From IMG/VR virus record IMGVR_UViG_3300037459_000226, positions 1-64,000 of that record: DNA of 64,000 bases. The stretch is one strand, 5' to 3'. Every line of letters begins with the position of its first letter. Position 1 is the first letter of the stretch. Positions 17,921 to 25,580 of this stretch are shown piece after piece. Below the pieces are notes generated by a model that did not search any database, was not told the DNA's origin, and was given only the letters and a program-made list of their open reading frames with translations. The DNA is from a virus. The translations under genes and the position numbers were made by a program.

Positions 17921-18082
17921 ATGACACCAATTCAAGTTGCGCGAATGACTCTTGAATGGAACCCGGTTGACTCGGTGGCGACCGTGAATCATTACGCAAA
18001 GGTCTATTGCTTCGACGCGGCAATGACCGCGGAATGTCTGGTGGAGATCGAGCGACTGAAGCCGGGGACAATCCCAGCATGA
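17921..18082 (+). CDS. 53-aa hypothetical protein (below ORF-track cutoff)
   Basis: GGAG RBS; MTPIQVARMTLEW...; ATGA overlap with the next gene. Confidence 0.6.
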   Translation: MTPIQVARMTLEWNPVDSVATVNHYAKVYCFDAAMTAECLVEIERLKPGTIPA

Positions 18083-18321
18083 TCACAACCCTGCAAAACC
18101 TCCGAGACGGCGCGCCTTTCAGTTGCGACGGTCGGCCCGGCAGATTGATACGCCTATCGGAAGCGGCTGCCCGCGTTGTGTGGGTGGATGAATGGATTCA
18201 GGAGGATTTCCCGACCGCAAAGGGCGAGCGGGTATGTTTTGCCAAACCACCGAAACCGATCGCAATCGCGCCCGGTGCGGTTGTGGAAGCTGACCCCGTT
18301 GACCTGTTGTGGAGGATTTGA
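18079..18321 (+). CDS. Hypothetical protein
   Basis: ATGA coupling. Confidence 0.55.
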   Translation: MITTLQNLRDGAPFSCDGRPGRLIRLSEAAARVVWVDEWIQEDFPTAKGERVCFAKPPKPIAIAPGAVVEADPVDLLWRI

Positions 18322-18324
18322 GCG

Positions 18325-18519
18325 ATGTTCAGTCTGCAAATCAATACAGACAATGCAGCGTTTCGGGATGGCGGACCAACGCGCGAAATAGCCCGCATTC
18401 TGAGATCCATCGCCGATGGTCTGGTGGAACTCGGACCGGACAACGCGCGGGTTTTTGACCAGATGCCACTGGTAGATATCAACGGGCACACGGTCGGGAA
18501 GATCACCGTTACCGATTGA
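18325..18519 (+). CDS. Conserved small phage protein
   Basis: F.L.I.TDNAAF..E.ARIL..IA...L.DINGHTVG pattern; GGAGG RBS. Confidence 0.75.
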   Translation: MFSLQINTDNAAFRDGGPTREIARILRSIADGLVELGPDNARVFDQMPLVDINGHTVGKITVTD

Positions 18520-18613
18520 CCCCGACCCGCCCCCAAGCGCCCGCGCGACCGGGCGCAGACGGGTCGGCCGTGCGGCTGCTGAGTAACTACGGAATCACAA
18601 GAGGAGTGAAGAC

Positions 18614-18832
18614 ATGGACAGGGCGGAACACTTGGAATGGTGCAAAGAGCGTGCTCGTGAATATCTTCCCAGTGAACCTGCGCAAGCGTTCGCGAGCATG
18701 ATTAGCGACCTGCGACAACATGACGAGTTGTCGTCTCACAGTGGGATTGGACTGGGGGCGATGTCGATGATGTTTCCCGGATGGATTGACAGCCCGCACG
18801 AAGTGGGCCAGTTCGTTGAAGGCTTCAATTAA
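18614..18832 (+). CDS. Conserved small phage protein
   Basis: RAEHLEWCKERAREY..AFASM.SDL..H..FVEGFN; GAGGAG RBS. Confidence 0.75.
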   Translation: MDRAEHLEWCKERAREYLPSEPAQAFASMISDLRQHDELSSHSGIGLGAMSMMFPGWIDSPHEVGQFVEGFN

Positions 18833-18884
18833 CTTTGTGGCGGCCGTGCGGCTGCCGTTTTTCCCCAAGCTGGAGGTAGAAGCG

Positions 18885-19223
18885 ATGAGCGAGCACACCC
18901 CTGGACCGTGGACAATCGAGTACTCCGAGACGTCAGTTCGATGGCCGACAGTCATCGCCATCAATGAACCGGGGCACGATGACGGCAGCCCCATAGAGGT
19001 GTGTGAGATCAGCGAGTCTTTCGCGATTGACGCACCGCCCGATGATCCCGATAGGATGGTTGCCGAAGCCAACGCAAGGCTGATCGCGGCAGCGCCGGAA
19101 CTGTTCTCCGCTCTTGACAAGCTAATCGACGTCCTTTCGACCGGTTGCCCCGATGACGTCACGTGGGCGGACTTCGCCGCCGCTTTAGCCGCCATCGCGA
19201 AAGTGAAAGGCGGCGCCGAATGA
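18885..19223 (+). CDS. Phage protein of the HTPGPW...[12 protein letters not shown] type
   Basis: Both hallmark motifs present; GGAGG RBS. Confidence 0.8.
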   Translation: MSEHTPGPWTIEYSETSVRWPTVIAINEPGHDDGSPIEVCEISESFAIDAPPDDPDRMVAEANARLIAAAPELFSALDKLIDVLSTGCPDDVTWADFAAALAAIAKVKGGAE

Positions 19224-19867
19224 CCCCGCTATTCGAGCAGTACCGTCCCCGGGACTGGACCGAAGTGATCGGCCAACCCAAAGCCCTGAAACGTCTGGCA
19301 GTCCTGCGGAACCGCGGCGGACTCGCGGGCCGTGCCGTCTGGCTGAGCGGTAAGAGCGGGACCGGTAAGAGCACAATCGCTGAACTGATCGCGGCCGAAG
19401 TGGCCGACCCGATCTGTATCGAGCGCTACGTCGGCCGGGAACTGAGTGCCACCAGCGTGGACAGGATTGCGCGGTCGAGCGCCACACGGGGCTTTCCTCC
19501 GCTTGGCGGACGGGCCGTGATCGTGAATGAGGCACACGGGCTGTCCAAGCCGTCCATAGAGGTGCTCCTGAACGCCCTGGAGGCCATTCCCGGCCATGCG
19601 GTGTGGATCTTCACCACTACCATTGAGGGGCAGGCGAGTCTCTTCGAGGGGCAGCTAGACGCCTCTCCGTTGATGAGCCGTTGCGTCCAGATCCCGATGG
19701 CGCAGCGGGGTCTCGCGGAGGTGTTCGCTGAACGATGCCGCCAGATTGCGGTCGCGGAAGGGCTGGACGGTCAGCCGATCCGGGCCTACGTCGACCTGGC
19801 GAAGCGGCATCGCAACAACTTCCGCGCGATGCTGAATGCCGTTGAGAGCGGCGAAATGTTGGACTGA
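19220..19867 (+). CDS. Clamp-loader-clade AAA+ ATPase (DnaX/RFC-like, no collar domain)
   Basis: [35 protein letters not shown]. Confidence 0.85.
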   Translation: MTPLFEQYRPRDWTEVIGQPKALKRLAVLRNRGGLAGRAVWLSGKSGTGKSTIAELIAAEVADPICIERYVGRELSATSVDRIARSSATRGFPPLGGRAVIVNEAHGLSKPSIEVLLNALEAIPGHAVWIFTTTIEGQASLFEGQLDASPLMSRCVQIPMAQRGLAEVFAERCRQIAVAEGLDGQPIRAYVDLAKRHRNNFRAMLNAVESGEMLD

Positions 19868-19897
19868 GGCTTCACCACTTTTACTGGAGGAAAGAGA

Positions 19898-20173
19898 ATG
19901 AACCCCGAACAGATTATGGCCGCCGCTTCGCTGCTGGTCGTCGAAAAGTTCCCAAACGATGTCTTGAGCGCGGCGCACAACTCCGTCACCGGATTTCCGT
20001 CGATGAGCACAAAGTGCATGGCCTACCAGCCATTGCTTGACGCCTACCTCATTCGTGAAGGGGGCAGGGCGCATGATCGCCATTCGCTGGAGCGGGTCTT
20101 GGGGCACGAAATTACGCGGCGAATGAAGGCCGGGACGTTCCCCGGTCCGCGTGCCGCCAGTGGAGGAGAATAG
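19898..20173 (+). CDS. Hypothetical protein
   Basis: GGAGG RBS. Confidence 0.6.
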   Translation: MNPEQIMAAASLLVVEKFPNDVLSAAHNSVTGFPSMSTKCMAYQPLLDAYLIREGGRAHDRHSLERVLGHEITRRMKAGTFPGPRAASGGE

Positions 20174-20175
20174 CG

Positions 20176-20379
20176 ATGGACGACAAACAGCAAGCAGGTC
20201 AGAAACAGTTGGCCGCGTGCGAATCCCTGTCTGCTCAATCGCGATCATTTATGCGAGATAGACTTGATGACATCGAGCGAATCGCGCGGGATGGGCCTGA
20301 AAGTGAAGATGATTTCACATTGATGAAGGCTGTGCTGTTGTGGGCCTGTGCTGAGGTCATCACCTCGGAATACAGATAG
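20176..20379 (+). CDS. Hypothetical protein
   Basis: GGAGGAG RBS. Confidence 0.6.
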   Translation: MDDKQQAGQKQLAACESLSAQSRSFMRDRLDDIERIARDGPESEDDFTLMKAVLLWACAEVITSEYR

Positions 20380-20508
20380 GCGGAATAGCAACACCGTCCG
20401 GCACCGGCGGGGAAACCGGGTCAAGCATCGGGTGTCGGGTGTCATCGCACCCGCCTCCACCCTGGTGTGAGCCGGCCGGCTTTTCCCTAGAAAAAGGAGA
20501 AAGAGGTG

Positions 20509-20880
20509 ATGGCCAGAAAGACCAAGATTGTGAACACGGCGACCAGTGGTATCAATCATAGCTGGCTGGGTGGCGGTGACCCGGATGCGATTGTGGCGCA
20601 GGAAGGGGCCGGCCAGGACCAGCTTGTCGAGAGCATGTCCCTACCGACTGACGTCGAGGTGAAGTGCCGAGAGAGACTGGAGGGACTGGGGGTTGTTTTT
20701 GGCGATCAGGTGGAGGGCGACCCGCTGTTCCGCGAGGCCACCCTCCCCAAGGGATGGGAGAAGCAGGCTACGGACCACAATCTGTACACGAATCTTGTGG
20801 ATCAGGACGGGGTGGTTCAGGCGACAATCTTCTACAAGGCGGCGTTCTACGACCGTGCCGCGTTTATACGGGATGTCTAA
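20509..20880 (+). CDS. Conserved phage hypothetical protein
   Basis: LFREATLP.GW.K.ATDH...IFYKAAFYDR motif; GAGG RBS. Confidence 0.75.
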   Translation: MARKTKIVNTATSGINHSWLGGGDPDAIVAQEGAGQDQLVESMSLPTDVEVKCRERLEGLGVVFGDQVEGDPLFREATLPKGWEKQATDHNLYTNLVDQDGVVQATIFYKAAFYDRAAFIRDV

Positions 20881-20924
20881 GAGGCGGCTTCCACAACCTG
20901 AAACCGAGACGGGAGAAACGTGAT

Positions 20925-21497
20925 ATGAACCAGATTGAATCACTCAGGCTACGGCTCGATACAACATCGAACGCCACCGCACTCGAAGAACTCGCCGAAG
21001 AACTTCTTGGCCTACTCGAAAGGTCAATCGCGGAAACCAAGGACGCAGAGGAGCGGATTGAACGCGCCCAGGCCACGCAGGACTCGGGTGCGGGACAACA
21101 AGAATCAACGAGAATCGGTTGCCCAAACAGTTCCCTGCGACAGTCCGTGTGCGCGCTACGTGCCGGAGAACACATTGAAGCGAAGGCCCACGCGCGAGGC
21201 TTGCTGGAGTGGCTGAATGCGGGAGGCAGTGCTCCGGATATGCCAAGTAGCGGGCAAGGGGATCTGATAGACGGCCTGCTCGCCAGTCTGATCTTCGGCA
21301 TGTTCTGTCGGGGCGTGCTGGCCGACGATGTCAAGCCCGGTCGAACGTGGCAAGCCAGTGTTGACGTCTCGGAGTTTTATAACGACGTGCCGCAAGGCGT
21401 CGTGAAGCGGTTCCCAGTCAGGAGCCAGCACTTCCTGTCGATTGCCGAAGCTGAATTGTTCGCGCTGCGACTGTCTAAGATCATTCCCGAAAGATAA
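20925..21497 (+). CDS. Hypothetical protein
   Basis: GGGAG RBS before ATG 20925. Confidence 0.6.
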   Translation: MNQIESLRLRLDTTSNATALEELAEELLGLLERSIAETKDAEERIERAQATQDSGAGQQESTRIGCPNSSLRQSVCALRAGEHIEAKAHARGLLEWLNAGGSAPDMPSSGQGDLIDGLLASLIFGMFCRGVLADDVKPGRTWQASVDVSEFYNDVPQGVVKRFPVRSQHFLSIAEAELFALRLSKIIPER

Positions 21498-21663
21498 CGC
21501 GACTGACATCCACGCGGCGGAGCGGCCAGGAACGCGACCGAGATTGCCATTATGGAGATCGCCCTCCCAGGTCAAGCCTACCGTCTCCGCCGTTTCGATT
21601 TACCATTTTATGCTTTTGGGCGAAAGGCATACTTTCTCGTTTCCCCCTGTTGGAGAGAACAAA

Positions 21664-21951
21664 ATGCTCACAATCTGGAAGTTTCCGTTGGTGCTGACTG
21701 ATCACCAGGACGTGGAGATGCCGATCAGTGCTCGATTCCTGCACGTCGCCCTGCAAGAAGCCACGCTCTGTCTGTGGGCGGAGGTTGACCCAAATGCCAC
21801 GAAAGAACTTCGCACGATCCGAGTCATCGGCACGGGCCATCCTCTTGAGGACACACCGCGGAAGTTCATCGGCACTGTGGTGATGGGGCCGTTCATGTGG
21901 CACGTGTACGACGTCACGTCAGAATCACCCGCGGCATCGGAACCCGGCTGA
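21664..21951 (+). CDS. Conserved phage protein (TIWKFPL...GTGH...FIGTV..WHVY type)
   Basis: Recognisable motif pattern; GGAG RBS. Confidence 0.75.
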   Translation: MLTIWKFPLVLTDHQDVEMPISARFLHVALQEATLCLWAEVDPNATKELRTIRVIGTGHPLEDTPRKFIGTVVMGPFMWHVYDVTSESPAASEPG

Positions 21952-21994
21952 GAGCCGCTACTGGATGCTTTCACTTCAAACAGGGAGAATGATC

Positions 21995-22228
21995 ATGGCG
22001 CGAAAAGAGTACGAACTGACTGACGAGCAGTTGGAATCCATACTGAACCTGAACGCCTCTAAGCCGGTGCCGTATATGGTGTTCGGAGGTCGCGAGCCTC
22101 GGTCGCCCCAGGAAAATGCGAACGCCAGACGGGCTGCGCTCGGAACTGAAATGGGCTTCGACTTTCTTACCGTCCAGCCAGTGCAAGGCAAAGGCCAGAA
22201 GTTCTTCACGGCAGAGGAGTCCGGCTGA
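21995..22228 (+). CDS. Conserved small phage protein
   Basis: ASKPVPYM..G..PRSPQENAN....LG.EMGFD..TV.P. Confidence 0.7.
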   Translation: MARKEYELTDEQLESILNLNASKPVPYMVFGGREPRSPQENANARRAALGTEMGFDFLTVQPVQGKGQKFFTAEESG

Positions 22229-22323
22229 GAGCCGCCAGCCCGCGCGGTCCGTCAACCTGTCCCCAACCGGCGGGCGGACCGTGCCGCTGGATGCTTTTAC
22301 AATTTACTAATCGGAGGTGCGAG

Positions 22324-22662
22324 ATGATTCCACGAGTCGCGGCAATCGACACTCAGTTGGCGGATGTCGACGGCAGGCTGTCGTCGTTGGAGGATCTACA
22401 GCGATCACTCACGAGTGAGCGACGCAAGCTGCTTTCGCAGCAGTTCGTCGAGGTGACCAACGTCACTCTGGCCGACGTCGAGCTGTCCACAGGCGAAGAC
22501 CGGCCATACTTCACCACGTTCGGAGAATTCGGAAAGTGGCTTAAGAAAAACAACATCCAAAGGCGGTACGCCGAGTGGAACACCCTGCTCTATTACACGT
22601 CGGATGCGATGGCGGGACGGATGGGTGAATCGCTTGCGGAGCTGGAAGACGTCCCCGCTTAA
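22324..22662 (+). CDS. Hypothetical protein (paralog of 23081-23416)
   Basis: GGAGG RBS; shared NVT..DVE..WN..Y...D..AGRM...LE.VP. Confidence 0.7.
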   Translation: MIPRVAAIDTQLADVDGRLSSLEDLQRSLTSERRKLLSQQFVEVTNVTLADVELSTGEDRPYFTTFGEFGKWLKKNNIQRRYAEWNTLLYYTSDAMAGRMGESLAELEDVPA

Positions 22663-22712
22663 ACTTCAGCGATGCCGCTGGATGCTTTTACTCGAACGAT
22701 GGGAGAAAGACG

Positions 22713-23084
22713 ATGATGACCGCAGAAGAGAAGCAGTGTGCGTTCAAGGCAGCGTTCGGGAGGCTCGACGAGGAACATCTGGGCAACCTGCTGTTTCACG
22801 CCGAGCAGAAGACGCCGGTCTGCTGTGGAAAAGATGCGTGGCTCTACGCTGACGGTTCAGGCGGGATGTGACCGGCCGCGATGTCGTGCACCCGTGAGGT
22901 GTACATGGATCGCACAGTCGGCGGTCTTCGCACGTGCCCTGAGTGGGAAAGTGCATTTTCCACGCTGATGGGTGCAGCCGGCCACAGCACAATCGCCTAC
23001 TACGTCGCGTTGAAACAGTCCAACGCCGATGAGGTTCGGCAAGCCGTGCTGTCAGTCTGCGATCCAGGTGGAGAAACCAAATGA
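22713..23084 (+). CDS. Candidate selenoprotein: 123 aa read through the in-frame TGA at 22869-71 (alternatively a pseudogene)
   Basis: GGGAG RBS at 22713; frame ...GSGGM-TGA-PAAMSCTREV... continues to 23084; SECIS-like hairpin 22872-22921. Confidence 0.55.
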
Positions 23085-23416
23085 GAACACGGCAGTCAAT
23101 CCAGATTGAGATCACCCACCTGAACATGGAAATCTCACCGCTCATTCGCAAGAGGAGCGTGCTGAAGCGAGAGTTGAATGAGGTCGAGTCTCGCAACTGG
23201 ATCGCGGCGAACGGCGTGACGATTGATCAGGTGGAACCCGAACCCCCGTTTGGAACATGCGGAACCATCTTCGATGCACCGGCGAGGACGGGAAAGCGGT
23301 TCTTGACATGGAACGGTCGTGTGTACTTCACGGCGGACATTGCTGCCGGCAGGATGCCGAGAGAAAACGGTCTGCTGGAGCACGTCCCACAAACAACGGG
23401 AGCACGAGATGCCTAG
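23081..23416 (+). CDS. Hypothetical protein (paralog of 22324-22662)
   Basis: ATGA coupling; shared motifs. Confidence 0.7.
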   Translation: MRTRQSIQIEITHLNMEISPLIRKRSVLKRELNEVESRNWIAANGVTIDQVEPEPPFGTCGTIFDAPARTGKRFLTWNGRVYFTADIAAGRMPRENGLLEHVPQTTGARDA

Positions 23417-23699
23417 CCCGATTTGCATACCGTGCCGATGTGAGATGCGGTGCGAGAAGAACGACCAGTTTGTCAACGACGTGAAGTCCGATGTATTCCC
23501 GTCAACGTTCTGGTCGTCTGATCTGTGGCGTTGCCCGGTCTGCGGCAACATTATCGCGACTGGTTTCGGGAGGGGTCAGATTGCGAAACGCGTCACGCCA
23601 GGCGAGTCGCTCACGTTCGCCCACGACCCATCCCAACTTACCACGTTCGCCGATCAGTTTGAGGAACCAAGCGATGCCAAAGAAGAAAAAACCGAATAA
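23409..23699 (+). CDS. Zn-ribbon hypothetical protein
   Basis: CIPC..M...KN....WSSDLWRCPVCG..I.TGFG; GGGAG RBS. Confidence 0.7.
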   Translation: MPSPICIPCRCEMRCEKNDQFVNDVKSDVFPSTFWSSDLWRCPVCGNIIATGFGRGQIAKRVTPGESLTFAHDPSQLTTFADQFEEPSDAKEEKTE

Positions 23700-24384
23700 G
23701 GTCGTAACCGAACAGCAGCGGGAACAACTCATCGCTGATCGGGTCGCCTGCATCCGCGCGCTGCTCGGGACCGGGGGGACCGTCGCCCGCATCTGCCGCT
23801 GTCTCGGCACGTCGCCGGCAGCGTATCACCGGTTCGTGACACAGCACGCGCCGGACTGGGAGACGTGGAAGGGTGAAGCGACGGCGACGATGCTAAGGCC
23901 CTCTCAATGGCGTGATCTGGAAGCCGGTGACGACCCTCTCAATCCACCCTCGACTGAGCCGACGACGCTGGCCGAGACCACGATTCCCTCGGTCAACCGG
24001 CAACGCGAAGAGGAGTTTGAAGTAGTCGGTTGCCTGGATTGTCACAACTTTATCGGATACGCCGATGTGACAGGCGGGGAACGAGTTCCGACGTTCTACT
24101 GTTCCTCGTGCGGGGCCAAGCGGATCGAAAGCGGGGATGCCGTGTTAGCGCCGGACCACTCGCCGATGCCGCCAGCCGATGGGGGCGAGCCGGTTGTCTA
24201 CATCGATACCATCATTCCCGGAGTCGCTGTAGGGGAGCCGTACGTGGACGGCACGGTTCAGAATCCCCTCCACACCTTCGAAGACGCAAAGAAGCTCGCG
24301 GAGGATGTCGCAAAGCAACAGGCTGGCACATTCCCGCCCGTCGATCCGCCCGAAACAGACGACCGTTCCTCAATCCCATACTGA
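23674..24384 (+). CDS. Protein with N-terminal HTH and a Zn ribbon
   Basis: TVARICRCLGTSPAAYHRFV; CLDC..CSSC. Confidence 0.6.
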   Translation: MPKKKKPNKVVTEQQREQLIADRVACIRALLGTGGTVARICRCLGTSPAAYHRFVTQHAPDWETWKGEATATMLRPSQWRDLEAGDDPLNPPSTEPTTLAETTIPSVNRQREEEFEVVGCLDCHNFIGYADVTGGERVPTFYCSSCGAKRIESGDAVLAPDHSPMPPADGGEPVVYIDTIIPGVAVGEPYVDGTVQNPLHTFEDAKKLAEDVAKQQAGTFPPVDPPETDDRSSIPY

Positions 24385-24398
24385 CGGAGACTGACCGA

Positions 24399-24818
24399 AT
24401 GAATAATCGGCAACGATACGCACTCAGGAAACCGTGTTCGCGAGCACCTGACGTACTACGCGACCGCCGTTATTTTGCATGGCGGGGAAGCTGGTCAACG
24501 ATTCTGAGTGTTAATAAATGACTCAGCTTCTGTAGTGGTATGCCCGTGTGGCACGCCTCAGTCGCTCTCCAATCCCGAAATGGTCCAAGACCAGTCGAAG
24601 CACTCAAACGCCAGCAAATTCACAAGGGGATCAAAATAGCCAGCGCCTTGCTGGTAGGTGTCGGCGGAGATCGAATTGTTTTCACCACGGATCCACCTAG
24701 AGACGCAATCCACGTTCAAAAGCCGCTGACAGTGGAAGAAATTGAGGGTTTACCCGATGGATGGATGCAGATCGCAGCCATAGACGAACGTGGGACGTAC
24801 AGAATTTTAAGGGTGTGA
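24399..24818 (+). CDS. 139-aa ORF interrupted by an in-frame TGA at 24519-21 (readthrough or pseudogene)
   Basis: GGAGA RBS at 24399; ILSVNK-TGA-LSFCSGMPVWHASV is in frame; no RBS before ATG 24540. Confidence 0.45.
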
Positions 24819-25336
24819 TGAGTCGGGAGCCTGAAGCCTCCGAAGCGGGACAAACTATGACCGATACGATCCACAAACCCTGCGACAACTGCCCGTGGAG
24901 AGTCTGTAACCACGGCAAGCGGACCAAATGGGGATTCTACACCAAGTCCAACCTCAAGCGTCTCTGGGGACAAATCCGGAGAGCTGCTCGCGGAGGGATT
25001 GCCCAAAGCTGCCACCCCACCGACCCCAGTCATCCAGACCACAGGGAAGCCGGAGCTAAAACGGGCAGCACACCCGTAGAATGTGCCGGGAGCGTCATCC
25101 TCGTCTACAGGGAACTCCAAAAGCTCAAAGACGCCGCCCCTGGCGACATCGTCGATGGAACCCACATAGACGCCTACCTCGCCCAGAACAAACAGCACGG
25201 ACTCACCAAAAAGGGACTCCTGCACTGGCTCATAGGTCGCCACCAAATGGGCGGAACATTCTTCGGGACAGGCCCCAAGCTCCCAAACGTGGACATCGAC
25301 GAACCCGGCGTCGGAAGAATATGTGACGCACCGTGA
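24818..25336 (+). CDS. Cys/His-rich protein (DUF6283-like)
   Basis: KPCDNCPWR...SCH...ECAG. Confidence 0.65.
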   Translation: MSREPEASEAGQTMTDTIHKPCDNCPWRVCNHGKRTKWGFYTKSNLKRLWGQIRRAARGGIAQSCHPTDPSHPDHREAGAKTGSTPVECAGSVILVYRELQKLKDAAPGDIVDGTHIDAYLAQNKQHGLTKKGLLHWLIGRHQMGGTFFGTGPKLPNVDIDEPGVGRICDAP

Positions 25337-25337
25337 C

Positions 25338-25580
25338 TCAGACCGCGTCGGGCGCCCGCTTGCGACGTGAGTCCGCCACTGCGGGCGCTCGGGCGCGCAG
25401 GCTGTCGGCAACCGCAGGCGCTCGTGCCCGAAGAGAGTCCGCCACTGCCGGGGCGCGAAGAGGACGGTAGGGCACGGGAGGGGCCTCAGTCGCCTCGGTC
25501 TGGAGGCCGAACGTCAGGAACTCCGGAATCGCCCCAGGAGTCCCGATTCCCAAGGTGATGACTTGGTTGATGTCGGCCAT
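25338..25580 (-). CDS. Small virion-region protein with (RAPAVADSLRA)n repeat
   Basis: Coupled to the upstream stop; three degenerate 33-bp units. Confidence 0.65.
   Translation of the reverse strand: MADINQVITLGIGTPGAIPEFLTFGLQTEATEAPPVPYRPLRAPAVADSLRARAPAVADSLRARAPAVADSRRKRAPDAV

Noticed and set aside
21944-22691. CRISPR array or integron attC array
   Set aside because: Repeats are 15-19 bp, few, and separated by whole genes; no cas or intI gene; no attC R-box pattern
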